Under the pieces are notes generated by a model that was not told where the DNA came from, made no database searches, and saw nothing but the letters and a program-made list of their open reading frames with translations. Shown piece after piece: positions 11,040 to 25,000 of a stretch of DNA of 64,000 nucleotides (position 1 is the stretch's first letter; each line of letters begins with the position of its first letter). The translations under genes and the position numbers were made by a program. This DNA is from Bispira polyomma (lineage: Eukaryota): the NCBI GenBank assembly GCA_965649765.1, contig OZ287751.1, positions 66,650,001 to 66,714,000 of the forward strand. Reading direction: 5' to 3'.

Positions 11040-13590
11040 AGTGCCCTAGTCTCCCACCTCAGCTTTGTTTCTAAACTCATTGAGAGAGATATCACAAAAC
11101 AAATCCTCAACCACCTTAATGCACAAAACTTTGAAAAGTCACCAATCTTTCGAACAGAAAGTTACACTCTTTTATCACAACCCAAGGTTGGCTTTTTAAA
11201 AAGGCAAAATACAATGCAACAACAAAAATCCCAGTAAAAAAAGTTTTAGAATAGTGTAAGAGATATTAGACCTCAGCGAAAGTGTAATATTCCATTTGAA
11301 ATCTATAAAGGTGAAATGTAATTTAGATGATGTTTTAATAAAATGGAAAAGCATTTATCTAAAGTCCTTATATGATACCCCTCAGGACACATATTGCCCA
11401 GCTAAGATCACAAAGAGGTAAAGGCTATAAAACAAATTACTAAAAATTAAAGTAACATTGACCTAAAGGAAAACTATAATGAGACATCATACATAATCCT
11501 TGCATCCATTCTAATAAAACATCCTTGCAAAAACACTGAAAGCCTCAGCTTACAATACAAAAACAGCCTTTCTACAATCTTTAATGGACATGCGCCTTGG
11601 GTATCTAAAAGCCTTCCTCCAACAAACACCCATGAATGGACCAATATCGCCATTACAGAAGCCAAAAGACGCAAATGCCAACTTGAGCGTCAATGGCGTC
11701 GCACAGAATCCTCCTTCGACAAAAGCTGTTACCGCATCGCCACAAATAATTTCAACAGGCTAATATCTAGTGCCAAAAAGAAACATTACAACTCTATCAT
11801 CAGTGAAAATCCAAACAATTCTAAGAGGTCATGGGCCTCCATAAACAAAATTCTACATCAAACATCAGAGAAAGTTCCCCCAGTAAATCATCACTGCCTT
11901 AGATTTTGAGCCAAAAAATTCGGAAATTTTTTAATTGATAAAATCAGCAACATTCGTGACAGTTTTTCAACAATGTATTACTTCAGTCCTCCAACCCCAG
12001 GATATAAGGTTTCTAACCTGTTCCATTTCAGTACATTGTTCGAGCAGGATGTTCTAAAACATATGAAATCCTCTCCTATTAAACCTTGTGAATTAGATTC
12101 TATCCGAGCAGTTATTCTAAGTCATTGCCTTGACATTTTAGTCACACCCATAACCAACATATTTAATTTTTGTCTTCAGGTTGGTGTTTTTCCCACTTGT
12201 TTCAAGACTGCAAGTGTAACTCCTTAATAAAAAAAAACAAGGACTCGATAAGAACCAGCTCAAAAACTACAGACCGGTGTCAAACCTTGGCTTTGTCTCA
12301 AAAGTTATTGAGAAAACTGTAGCACAACAATTTTTGGACCACCTAAACAGAAAAAACATCGAAAATCATCGCCAGTCTGCTTACAGAAAATTCCACTCCA
12401 CAGAAAGTGCCCTTTTTTCTCTATTAGCAATAATATAAATCTTGAACTGGACCGCAATGAAACAGTGGCCCTCACCCTTCTAGATCTTTCAACAGCATTT
12501 GACACTATTGATCATTACCTGCTCTGCGACACTCTCAAGCAGTGGTTTGGTATAAATGGCATTGTTCTTCAATAGCGCAGATCCCACTTTACTCTTATAT
12601 AGAGCACGAAAAATTAAATTAGATGATCACCTCCTCAGCACTGTCATTAATAATCATTACATAAAATATCATATTTATGCAGATAACATGCAAGTCTATC
12701 TCTCTCAACCCTCAAAACGCAAATAAAAACATTGACCTACTTGCAGACTGTCTGTCCCCTGTCAAGGCATTGATGAACTACATGAAGAAGAGTGAAATCT
12801 TAAAATCTTTGTTTCCCATCATCCTTTTGGAAAAAGACATACTACCTTCCAAAAATGCAAAAAACCTGGGTTTCACTTTCGATTCAGCTTTTTTGGAACT
12901 GTCAACACATCTGTCGCTCCTGCTATTACTATATATGCGGCATCAAAAGAATCCGAAACCACCTGTCAATGGACACAGCAATAACTGTGGCTAATGCCCT
13001 TGTGCACAGTCACCTCGACTACTGCAACTCTTTTCTGTACGGAGCAAACAAGTCACACATTAAAAAGCTCCAGTCCAGTCAAAACTACCTATGCAGGGTT
13101 ATTTTTTGCCTGGTTTGTCACACAGACATCACTCTCACCTCAAAACATTACACTGGCTGCCCATTCAGTTTTGTATTTTGTTCAAGATTCATGTTACCAC
13201 TAATAAGGCTGTAGTCACTCAACAGCCCTCCTACCTGGATTCCCTTCTCTCCTTTAGTAACCATAAGAGAGGCAACAGACTGTTTCTTCTGTCAGACCCA
13301 TCAGAAAGGCGGGATACAGAGCGTTCTCCATTGCAGCTCCTTGTTATGGAACAGTCTCCCAATTGACCTCAGATCAGTTGATACAATTATCGGTTTAAGG
13401 GAAAGCTTAAAACCTATCTTTTTAACCTTGGTTACCCATCTTAGCTTCCTTTGTGTATGCTTCCACTTTCTTCCTTATGACTTTGCTATGCCTATGGATT
13501 TTACGATTGGATTAATGATTTTGCTGTTACGCTTTAGAAGATGTCGAGCATCAATAAAGTGAGTTGAAAATTCATAATAATAATAATACA
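11040..13590 (+). mobile_element. Decayed L2/CR1-group LINE (RT and 3' end), with a short separate RT fragment at 11040-11150
   Basis: Motifs GVFPTCFKTASVTP, KNYRPVSNL, QSAYRKFHSTE, LLDLSTAFDTIDH, YAD, HLDYCNS and LHWLPI across broken frames, ending in AATAAA and a (TAA)n tail. Confidence 0.9.
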
Positions 13591-14871
13591 CACCGATTTA
13601 AATAAGCAATTTACAGTGAAATAGATATATGTAAGGCAGTAATGCAGTCAAAGAATGATCAAGCTTGTTGTAGTATTGCATGGGCTGGCAAGCCATTTTA
13701 CTAGTTTTAACATAAAACAGAACATATCCTGTTGAATATTTCCTGTCCAGAAAAAAGAACTAACTCTAATCAGCCAGTTTATTTAGGTTATAATTTAACC
13801 ACTTCTCCAGCATAAACTGTGTGAGTGGAGAATGTGTTTGCTATGTCATCAGTGTGCACAGAAAGTCTATTTGGGATTGTTTACACTGTAAAAATTCTAC
13901 TGTGTGTGATAACTTAGTGTACTCCTGTTTTAGAGAATAAAAAGCTTCTATTCTACAGTCATACACAATTGAATGTTAAACCTTCATATACATTTCATAT
14001 TACATAGGTGTAAACATGTCTGTTGAAATCCATTTGCCAAACATGCACTCATTTGATTCTGATGATAATATTAGGATAACAAGTAGTAAGAGTGAATGAA
14101 AATAGCACAGATCAAAATGATGGTGGATTAAAACCTTATAACTTTAAATATCATATTCCCTCCTTCTGTTTCAAATGAAGGTGTTACACATGATATTAGA
14201 AGACTACAGAATACAGAGTGGTGAATTTATCCAATTAATATGTACAGCTTTCTTGCAATAAAATCACTTGATCATTATTAGCAAATACTTTGACTGTTTA
14301 ACTATTCTATTACCAATATAAATCAGTACACAAACTTTCCAGTATTATTTATTTATTCTAAACAACAGCACAATATGTATTCCATGTATATGTCACATTG
14401 AAAATCCACATTTTAATCTTGCCTATGCACATTTTAAATTGAAATTTTAATTTTGGTGAGGCTCAACTAGTAAAATTTTAATCTTGTCTAGACAGACTTA
14501 AAAAGTGTAATATCTCCTTAGCTGGCTTTAAATTCTGGTGTTACAAACACTTCATGGTTAAAACTATTGGAATTACCGAACTAACATATTGCAAGAAGAC
14601 TGATATTAAAATTAATATAATTACTATATTCCATGAGTGAATTGATGTCTTAAACTATAAATAGACACTAGAAATATGTCTCCCGACAAAAAATGCTCCA
14701 GATGATAATTAAAACTAACAACACAATCCTCAGTAGAATTGGTTGACCTGTAGAATCACTGTTCTCTCTTAAGACAAATGAGAGTAATAATGATGTCTGA
14801 TATCAAGATATGCCATATATTATATGGTTATACATGGAAACAAATATTTGAATATATTTTACAATATACTA

Positions 14872-15056
14872 CAGTAGAATCTCTATTATCCAACCCTCCA
14901 TTTTCCGAATATTTAATTTTACGGACTGTATTTTACTCTCCTAAACTTATTTTTTGCTATGTCTCATAGTAAAATGCCACTTATATTTTACAGACCTTCT
15001 ATTCTGCAAACAAATTTTCACTCTCTCAAGATTTCTGTAAAATAGAGGTTCTACTG
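14872..15056. mobile_element. pogo/Tigger-like MITE, copy 1
   Basis: TA-CAGTAGAATCTCTATT...AATAGAGGTTCTACTG-TA. Same family as 38843-39010. Confidence 0.85.
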
Positions 15057-15118
15057 TATATCGTTACTATATATTTATAATGGATCTGTGATAATTAATT
15101 CCATTGAACTATTAAGAA

Positions 15119-15176
15119 TTTGAATTTGGATATTTAACGTCCACTCTAGTACCTGTTTAGATTATATTGGGACGGC
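15119..15176 (-). mobile_element. SINE family A, 3' tail only
   Basis: Matches the tail of 16279-16537. 14-bp TSD TGAACTATTAAGAA at 15105-15118 and 15177-15190. Confidence 0.9.
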
Positions 15177-16278
15177 TGAACTATTAAGAAAGGCAATATT
15201 CTTTGTGAATGAAGAGTGAATGTCATTCCTGCATCCTGTGTCAATCTGAAATTCAAAATTGACATTTTTCCTGGATATTTATATTTCTTTAGTGTAAGGT
15301 GTGTTTAAATGGTTTTATAAAACAAGAATATTTCTAGGTTGAAAAAACATAAGCGAGTATGGGCCATATTGTCCATCAATAGACCAAGTTCAAAGTCACA
15401 GTAAAAAAAAAATTCTGATTTTAAAATAAGTTAGTTTGTCCTCCATCCAGTGTCCATCTAAAGCCTAAGTCCAAATTTCAAAGTTCCAACAAATTTTCAA
15501 ATTTCATATTGTTTTCTAGATATTCAAAAGTTGTCTAGACTATTGTGTGATTTAATGCTTGGTAAAGTTTTGGAAAGCTACCATATTCCTAACTTAAGGA
15601 AAAATATATAAGTTTGTCCTCTATCTCAGTGTTACCGACAAACCAGCAAACCAGAAGCATGATTTCCCCCTTTGGGCTGGTCGCATAAAAATGTTTTATA
15701 AAGAAAAAAAATAGTTACAATATTAGGTTTTCATCCATACTATATATATAAACAATATGCTTCAATCCGAAAGGTTAATAAGTTTAAATTTTAATGCTCT
15801 GTTTTATTAAAGAGGAACATAGGAATATTTTAGTTTCACCAATAACAATTAAATCTTGCGAGATTAAAACTTTTATTTCGCCCATAGGGTATTGGTTTAA
15901 CAACATCGACAGTCTTAATTATTTTTGCCTTTGCCATATAGAAAATGGTTAATAAATATGGAAGGAAGTCATTTAGGGTTAATATCAGAACTAAAACTAT
16001 AAAAAATGATGTGGGAAGTATTGTAAGGAAACATTTAAAAAACTTTTGTGAGATATATACTTAACTGGGTATAATGCAAGAAAAATGTCTTACTAGAAAT
16101 AAAAGGTTAATTTTGATGAAAAAGATCTTTGTGTGACTGTAAAGTATAATACATGTATCTCTACATTGAAATTGGTTCAATAGTTGTTTAATTAGTTGGG
16201 TTATAAAAATAAAAAGGTTTAGTATGTATATTTCAGTATTTTTATGTATTTGAAGTTTTATATTACTGGCTAATAAAT

Positions 16279-16537
16279 GGGGCCGCGGTGCCCTAGTGGT
16301 TAGCAAGCATTGTGCTTCACAATCACTGGTCTCTCATGTCTGGGCGGCGTGAGTTCGAATCCCGTCGATGCGAATGTGGGAAAGGTGGTAGTTCCTTACT
16401 GTGGGCTGCTGGTTTCAGTGCAGAACCTTGACCGACTGTATGCAATGTTTCCTCCAGCGTTTCCAACTACCCGTCCCAATATAACCTACTAAAAGGTACT
16501 AGAGTGGACGTTAAATATCCAAATTCAAATCAAATCC
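16279..16537 (+). mobile_element. tRNA-derived SINE family A, full length
   Basis: A box TAGTGGTTAGC, B box GAGTTCGAATCCC, (CAAAT)-like tail. 13-bp TSD TACTGGCTAATAA at 16264-16276 and 16538-16550. Confidence 0.95.
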
Positions 16538-17248
16538 TACTGGCTAATAAGTTTAAATACACTGTGTATCATTACCAAGACATTTAGCATCTAAATTTCC
16601 AGTACATTCCCAGGTGGGATACATTTTAATAGAGCTTATCAAGAAAGTATTTGAAAATATCAGTGCAGCCTAATGTATAATTACACTATAGCAGTGAGAG
16701 TAATAACTTTCAGCTGGCTATATATACATTAGCAGATTCATGCATTTTTATGTAAAACATTCCTTCAAAGTTTTTTAAATGCCAACACTTATAAAGACAC
16801 TAATGGCTACTCACCAGTGGATCTTTAAGCTCAACTTATTTCAGTAACAAGAACATTAAAACAAAGATTAACAAATACTAAACATGGCAAAAATCCACAT
16901 ATATCTATTTTTATGGATTTACACACACACAGAGCCTCCACACACACAACCCATGCAACCTGATGATGTGAAAACAAGAGCAACAATGGTGGATACTTGT
17001 TTTGCAGAGAAGAGTTGGATTTCACAGAAAAAGGGGAATATCTCTCTAACCACAGAAGTGAGAGTTGTTTACTGCTGTGTGCTGAGATTTGTTTGTGTTT
17101 TTATGGGATATACCTGGAGATGTACACATTGTGTAACTACCTGTTAAACCAATGACCTTAGGATACCTCTTAACTGTGAAGGTGTAAGTCTTTTTAGTTG
17201 TATCTTCGAAATGTACAGGTTCGCCTCTAATTTTTGAATAATGATGTA

Positions 17249-17500
17249 TTAAATTGAATTTGGATAATTAACGTCCACTCTAGTACCTGTTTAGGTTATA
17301 TTGGGACGAGTAGTTGGAAACGCTGAAGGAAACACTGCATACAGTTGATCAAGGTTCTGCACTGAAACTAGTGGCCCACAGTAAGGAACTATCACCTTTC
17401 CCACATAGGCATCGACGGGATTCGAACTCACGCCGCCCAGAGGTGAGAGACCAGTGATTGTGAAGTGCAATGCTTGCTAACCACTAGGCCACTGCGGCCC
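17249..17500 (-). mobile_element. SINE family A, full length
   Basis: Reverse complement of 16279-16537. TSD TGAATAATGATGTA at 17235-17248 and 17501-17514. Confidence 0.95.
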
Positions 17501-17559
17501 TGAATAATGATGTACCTTGAAAATAACAATTCAATAACATTGGAACAAAATAGTTTTAA

Positions 17560-18700
17560 AATATATGGATCATGTCTTGATCACATCTACGCTTTACATG
17601 CAAAAAAAAAGCTTTACAAGTCAAAAAAAAAATAAAAAAATATTTACATCATTCGTTGATTTTAAAAGCATTTGATTGTGTTGACAGGAACCTACTATAT
17701 ATTAAATTAATACAGAAGGGTTTAACAGGTAAAATTATGATTGCAATCAAGGCAATATATTCTAACACTATTTTTAGGTTAATCATCGGCAATCATATGA
17801 CAGACTGGTTTATTACTTTAAATGGCATTAGGCAGAGCTACATATTTTTATCGATGATTTAGTTGCTGAATTAAAGTTTTTGAATAAAGGCATCAATATC
17901 AATAGAAAAAACATTGCAGCATTACTATATGCTGATGATTTAGTTGTATTTGCAGATAATAAACAAAACTTGCAGGATATGCTCTGTAAACTGATGATGA
18001 GAAACTAAATGATAAGAGAAATAAAATGCAAATAAATGCATGCAAATAAAAAATCGTTTAGTTTCAAAGTAATAATGTCCATGAGAGTATGATTCAATTC
18101 AGAGTGGGTGCTAATATACTATATTGTGAAAGTGACTATAAATATTTAGGGGTATAGAGAGAATGAGTTTTTTTATTATTCAACCAGCTCTAAAATTATT
18201 GAGTCGAAGTATGGTGATTATATGGTAAAAATAATTCAAAGGTCATTTTGAATTTGCCAATAAGTGGGGAATTTGAATTTGGATATTTAACGTCCACTCT
18301 AGTACCTGTTTAGGTTATATTGGGACGGGTAGTTGAAAACATTGGATAAAACACTGCATACAGTTGATCAAGGTTCTGCACTGAAACCAGTGGCCAACAG
18401 TAAGAAACTACCACCTTTCCCACATAGGCATCGACGGGATTCGAACTCACGCTGCCCAGAGGTGAGAGGCCAGTGATTGTGAAGCGCAATGCTTGCTAAC
18501 CACTAGGCCACCGCGGCTTCCATCAATAAGTGGGGATATGGGATAATAAAGTAGTGTAGTTAGATATAAAATAGGAGCAGTGCGAGTTTAGAATAGCCTT
18601 ATAAACATAAAAGACACACAAATTTATAAAAGAGTATTTATTTTGGCATATGAAATTGAATGTAATAATTGGTGAAGTAGTGTCACAAACATATTAACAG
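17560..18700 (+). mobile_element. Old LINE RT remnant interrupted by a SINE
   Basis: FVDF.KAFDCVDRNLL, GIRQ, LLYADDLV and YKYLG motifs in broken frames. Confidence 0.75.
18271..18523 (-). mobile_element. SINE family A, full length
   Basis: TSD CAATAAGTGGGGA at 18258-18270 and 18524-18536. A and B boxes are present. Confidence 0.95.
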
Positions 18701-21535
18701 TTTTAAAAATGTTATAACGTTAGCTCACTCTGTAAAATAAGTGTCATTCAGTAGTGCCTATAAAATATTAATTTTAAAAAAGGTAAGAACAAATTATTTT
18801 AAGAACATAAGTGATATATTTACAAAAAAATAAAAGATACATTCATGGCAGAAAAATATGGTTGGTATAATTGTTCACTAATTTAGAAATAACAGCTTCC
18901 AAGTCATTTCTACTACATAAATTTATAAGTGCTACAGAGTCTGTGTTACTGTTACACAAGACTCCAAAAAATACATCAAGTAATAATATAACATACCGGA
19001 GGATTCAAGGTAGGGTTACGGGGTGATGGAAGTTTGCAAATAACAGTCTTAACATGCACCTTTAATGGTTTCCAATGAAACAGGAAGTAATTACAAATGG
19101 TTGATAAGTCTGTTAACAAAATGTAATTTTTTAAATATATTTGTCATACTATGTAATTGTTTTTTTTTGTTTTTTTTTTAACCACAACCGTTAAATCTGA
19201 TTATTTAAGGACAAGTATATACAATAAATTGTATAATAAGCAGTGTACATCTGCACCAAAAACCCATTTTTAACGAAAATTCGGTATCCAGAGGTTTCGG
19301 TGAATTTCCAGTTCGCTGTCTACTTATTTCGCTGTTAAAGTCGGGGTTTTGCTGTATATATATTTTAATTACAAGACCGCGTTATTTATTGTGTGACGTG
19401 TTCTCGAAATTTTTCATTGAACAAATGGCTGTATCTATATGAATACTTGACCTAAAATTTACCTTTTGGAATCACTAGAAAGCTGCTAATACGTTCTTTA
19501 TGATAGGTGTCTAATGTTAAATATAATAAATGATAACTAAAACATTTATGGTTCAAGTTGGATTGTATACTTGAAATTGTTAAAAATACAAGTTTTAGAG
19601 TGAATGTCATTAATCAAATAAAAGTATCTCAGTAAATATAGGCGAGACAGATTTTCCGATTATATATTCATAAAGCCAGATAAATAGGCTATCTAGTACT
19701 TTTTATGAAATAAAAAAATATTATATATTGGCTGAAAAAATTCAAGTTAAAAAGAAGCAAAGATTATTTACAGGAAACCAACCAAAACGGCAGCGAAAAC
19801 GTCAAGTAGCCAAACCTCTGGTAATCGAAAATTCGATACTGATTATAGTAGGCACATTCGGGTGAGCGCAAATGTAATCACTTTATTTATTTTTGAAAAC
19901 CAGTATGTACTAATTTCTGTTCGGGTGGTAGTTACTGGAAAAAAGTAAATAGCAAGGCATCTCACTTAATAGGGACAGATTATTCGGTCTGTGTTAAATC
20001 ATTAGAATGACCAAAACAGACCACAGTGTTTAGAAATAGGTCAACTTTTTAATTAACACTGACCAAATACACAGCATTATTTATTAAATATACAACCAAA
20101 TTTAATAGATTTTTTTTTTTTCAAATTGTTATGGGTTCCAAAATTGCCTGTCTGTTTCAATACCCGGTCTGTTCTGTCCTTGCTGATGCTTTGATTTACT
20201 GACAGTAAGGACGGCGAGAGACAGAGCGGTCTCCATTAGCAAAACGTTGTAAATCAAAATCAGCATATATAGAGGCAGAATCTGGTTGACATAAATACAT
20301 ATAATGTTTATTGGCGGGGAACATCCTGAGAAAGATGCAGCCCTACTGATACAGCCAATTGATTATGTATTAGGATCATGATTATCGATTCTAACGATGC
20401 TCTTTAGAAAATGCCTGCATGACATCAATAAGGCATATTTAAAATCTACAATACAAATACAATGAAATACATGTAACATCTTTGTTTATTCTTGTCAGTG
20501 TAGGGGGCATCTAACATGAGGTAGAGTGCCAGAATCAAAAGAAGAATGAGGTCTCAAAGCCGAGTTGCTGGGGCCTTGTCCCAAAACAAAGACCACTACT
20601 TCAATGTCAGTGTGAAACTTATCCCTACTGGTATGAAGTCAAACTCATTTATAATATATAGAGACTAGATTAATATCTGTAGACCTTCATGTCTGGTTAA
20701 ATAAACTGCCCATATAATTAAAGGGTTGTTTTGTATTTTTAGAGAGTGGTATATTGAACGACCATGTTAATGCATGATACCAGATTGACTAGTAAAGCTT
20801 CATCTGTACTTTAGAAGACAAATTGACTTGTTTCACCCCTGAATGATATCAATTTCACTAGTAAAGCTTCAACTGTAGAACATAAAATTACATTTCACTC
20901 TTGCTATTTCCAGTTTTATTGTCCAAATATGTTTAAGACAGTAAATATTTTATTAACACAGACAACATCGTTTGTTGTATCGTGTGAAAGATAACAATAT
21001 TCACGAATATTGATAGTTTCTTTAGATGACCTTAAACAAAATAAATGTTGTGAAACAGTTAACTTTTCTAATTATTTATTAATCCAGTTGTTAAACTTGA
21101 TGTTTTTGTTTAAAGGATTGACATATATTCTGTATTCTATTTTACACACAAATAATAATTTTACAGTTACTGTAAATCTGGCACCAGTTAAAACAGTAAA
21201 AATAAGAGACATTTAAATGTTATATTCTTTTTACCATGTATGTAAATTTACAGCATTATATTTATGTGTTTGTGTCTTTATAATAGGTGAAATGTTTACT
21301 TTAAAAAACATTCACAACGATATGAAAATGTTTGATATGAAAAACTATGCAGAATTTGTGACAGGAATACCAACAGACATACAAAGGATACGCTACCTAG
21401 ATGAAGGTGCTGATTAACATCTTTAAATTACTGTATTTTTCTAATTAAACACAAAACAATGCACTTTTAAACAGGGAAGGCCACTTTTTGAGACCATGTT
21501 GCAAAGAATGGAGTTTGAGTGCCATGGGTAATAAT

Positions 21536-22270
21536 TATATCCACCGGTAAACTCCAGTGGATACATTGGATTACGCTTCGTTCCGCCGTGTTAGTGTGTG
21601 TGGAGATTTTACCATTACCGCCCTGCTGGGAAAACTTTTAAACCAAGGCTCCTGAAATTTCCAGGAAATGTTCTTTATTACAAAAGTAATTTTGGCCTCA
21701 TTTATAAAAACAAGATGGCCGCCAAAGGCATTTTTATAAAAATAATTAGGGTTTTAACTGTGTCTGTTTCTTAGCTGTAGAAGGTTGAATCTCTTTACGG
21801 GTGATATGTTTAATGGATATATATGTCCTGTATAAGCATGCAGACATTTGACCTTGAATATTCTCATTCAAGGTCATCGACAGAGTGCCAAAGTACCTTA
21901 AGCGACCGATTTTGGTCAAACTTAAAAGTGCCTATATCTCGCTTATTTTTGGTCAAACAGGTTGTAGATGTGAAACCAACCTGTAGGAAATCATGGACTG
22001 GGAATTCTTTGATGTGGTCCGATTTGACCTCGGACCCCTCTTGCAAGGTCAAATGGGTAGGCTAAACTTCAAAATGCCTATCTCACACTTATTGGTCCCA
22101 CAGGTTTGCAATGTGAAACCCACTTGTGCCATTTAAGGCTGTAGCATAAATGCCCTGTAGGAAATCATAGGATTCTAGCTTGGGTGCTAGTTATGGTGCT
22201 TGCTACCTAGAGTGCTTTGTCTTTCTGGTGGATACAAATATGCACAGTTCTCCGTTGCACTAGGTGTAGT
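21536..22270 (+). mobile_element. Helentron-type non-autonomous element (HINE/DINE-like) in intron 2
   Basis: Starts TTATATCCACCGG with a nearby inverted GTGGATA. A subterminal CTGGTGGATA lies near 22225, followed by a short hairpin-like end and TAGTT. Confidence 0.6.
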
Positions 22271-23044
22271 TAAATATCAATTTGATTTTAGAACTATAGT
22301 ATAACATCACCTACCTTATTTAAATATTCATGCCAAATAATGTGTCCTTTATTTGTTGTGATTTATTTTTATATATATATCCTTTCCACTCAAAGTTTCC
22401 TTTTTGAAACTCAAATCAAAAAGTGGTAGATGTTAAACATAAACACCCAGTCCAAAACAGTATAGAACGTTACTGAAATATGATATTTGTAAAAAGCTAA
22501 CAAGAAAAAGGACGGAACAGGGCATTTATTGGAAAAGGTGTATTTATTTGGATAATTATAATTTGCAAAGATGAACTGCTTAACAGGTTACATTATATTG
22601 TTATTTTTGTTTGTAAAAAAATAGATCTTGGTTTTGAAGCACCACATGTACCCAGGTTCTACTCACTTAAAAAGTGTTTTTTTATTCATTTGAGAAATTT
22701 TTAAATAAATTTTTTTTTTAAAAACCATTACAATACTTCTTGTATATTGTACACATCTTTACTGTTAATCAACATGTATTGTCTCTTGTATATATCTTGG
22801 AAATATTGGGTTAAAATAGTATCTCCTGGGCAGGTTTGTCCTGATTTTTGATAACATTCAGTTGATAACATGCAAGTTTAGAAGATTGTGCAAGAATTTT
22901 TTTGTGTGACAGGTGATCTCCAGGACAACTCAACTGTCCGTCAGAATGACATCGTGGGCGGTGCTCAGCTTCACATGACTGTGTGGAGTGAGTGGACTTA
23001 ACTGATAGAAGCTGTGTCCAGTAACGACCTGGAGTGGGTAAGTA

Positions 23045-24130
23045 GCGGGGGGTCACTGTGTCCAGTAATGGGTGAGTTAGAGTCGTCAGTAATGGGCGAG
23101 TTGGAGTGGTCATTGTGTGGAGTGAGTGGACCAAGCTGATAAAGGCTGTGTCCAGTAACAACCTGGAGTGGGTACGTTTGGGGGGTCACTGTGGTCATTA
23201 AAGGGTGAATTAAAGTGGTCAGTAATGGGTTAGTTTCAGTAGTCACTTTGGTCAGTAATGGGTAAATTTGAGTGGTCACTGTGGTTAGTAAAAGTTGAGT
23301 TAGATTGGTCACTATGGTTAGTAATGGGTTAGTTAGACTGGTCATTGAAGGGTGAATTAGAGTAGTCAGTAATGGATGAGTTAGAGTGGTCATTAAAGGG
23401 TGAATTAGAGTGGTCATTAAAGGTTGAATTAGAGTGGTCAGTAATGGGTGAGTTAGAGTGGTCAATAAAGGGTGAATTAGGGTGGCCATTAAAGGGTGAC
23501 TTAGAGTGGTCAGTAATGGGTGAGTTAGAGTGGTCAGTAATGGGTGAGTTAGAGTGGTCAGTTATGGGTGAGTTGGAGTGGTCACTGTGTGGAGTGAGTG
23601 GGTGAGTAGGAGGGTTACTGTGGTCATTAAAGGGTGAATTAGAGGGGTCACTGTGGTCAGTAAAAGGTGAATTAGAGGGGACACTGTAGTCAATAATTGG
23701 TAAGTCAGAGTGGTCACTGTGATCAGTATAGGGTAAGTTATAGTTGTCACTGTGGTCAGTAAAGGGTGAGTTAGAGTGGTCACTGTGGTCAGTAAAGGGT
23801 GATTTAGAGTGGTCACTGTGGTCAGTAAAGGGCGAGTTAGGGTGGTCACTGTGGTCAGTTAAGGGTAAGTTTGAGTGGTCACTGGTCAGCAATGAGTGAG
23901 TAAGAGTGGTTACTGTTGTCAGTAATGGGTAAGTTACAGTAGTCAGAAATGAATGAGTTAGAAGGGTGACTGTGGTCCGTAATGGATGAGTCAGAGTGGT
24001 CAGGAATGGGTGAGTTACAGTGGTCAGGAATGGGTGAGTTAGAATGGTCAGTAATTGGTGAGTCAGATGGGCGAGTCAGAGTGGTCAGTAATGGGTGAGT
24101 CAGAGTGATCAGGAATGGGTGAGTTAGAGT
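23045..24130. repeat. 24/33-bp minisatellite in intron 3 of the ANKRD60-like locus
   Basis: Unit AGAGTGGTCAGTAATGGGTGAGTT, with an optional extra CTGTGGTCA. It generates the repetitive ORFs at 22811-23892. Confidence 0.95.
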
Positions 24131-24512
24131 AAATAGAAAAATCTAACGTTAAATTTCCCTGTTGCATTTAGCTTTACACGGATATAACTTTACTGTAATT
24201 TACTTAAAATAAATAACACCTGTACAAGATAAGATACATTTTCTGAAAAAAAAACCTGAAAAAACAAAAATATAACATTGAATATATATTTTTCTTTACA
24301 TTTACATAAAACTCTAGTGTTACAGTATTGATTTTATACGCTCAGTAAAAAATCTGTTCTACATGTTGGTAAACTCAACTTTAATCAAGCTTATGTTAGC
24401 TACAGTCTCTTTACGTTAAAATCTCTGGTGTTTCAGTCTTCATTTTATACTGACAGTTCTAGATCTCGGACAGAGTAGAACAATTAATAGCAGTTCTGAG
24501 GATACCCTGGGG

Positions 24513-24750
24513 CAGTATTCACAAAAGGTCTTACTCTTAACTTAGTCATAAGCTTAGCATTTATGTCTAAAATATATTAGATTGCTTGCTATTAGCCTTA
24601 CTGTTAAAAACAATGTTAACACTGACCAAGGGTCTTTTCTTACTATCACTGGTACTAAAGACCAATATCTTAACCGTTTTCAACCAAAATTAAAAATCAA
24701 AATCTAAAGCTTAAAGACTAAGTTAAGACAAAGACCTTTTGTATATACTG
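24513..24750. mobile_element. Palindromic MITE
   Basis: CAGTATTCACAAAAGGTCTTACTCTTAACTTAGTC pairs with GACTAAGTTAAGACAAAGACCTTTTGTATATACTG. Confidence 0.7.
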
Positions 24751-24789
24751 TATTGTGGTATCATATTATGGGTACAATGAAACATAGCA

Positions 24790-25000
24790 AGGCTGTAAGG
24801 AATGATGTGGGGGTGTACAAGGAGAGAAATAAGGCGGCTATGCGAGTTTGAAGAGATCAGTTTCAAGCTTTTTCCTGAAACTACAAAAGTGTTTCCAGAG
24901 ATCTAAGCTCAACAGGAAGACTATTCCATAATATAGGGACAGCAATAGAGAACGCTCTAGATATCCAGCCTTCTTAGTAGGTCTCACTGAATTAACAGAA
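24790..25000 (-). mobile_element. L2-group LINE 3' fragment
   Basis: Reverse complement encodes an RAFSIA.P.LWNSLP..LRS-type C-terminus, as at 13320-13420. Confidence 0.65.

Noticed and set aside
16279-16370. tRNA gene
   Set aside because: The A and B boxes belong to a SINE head, followed by a body, tail and TSD and repeated in four full copies.
16884-17147. 87-aa ORF with a possible GTGAGA donor
   Set aside because: There is no recognisable homology and no partner exon.
20516-23001. Stop-codon readthrough or selenocysteine recoding in the ANKRD60-like gene
   Set aside because: The stops are TAG and TAA, not TGA, and the duplicate half-exon has a Lys codon. Pseudogenisation is simpler.
22811-23892. 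Thr/His/Pro-rich and DHSNSP-repeat ORFs
   Set aside because: These are artefacts of the 24/33-bp minisatellite.
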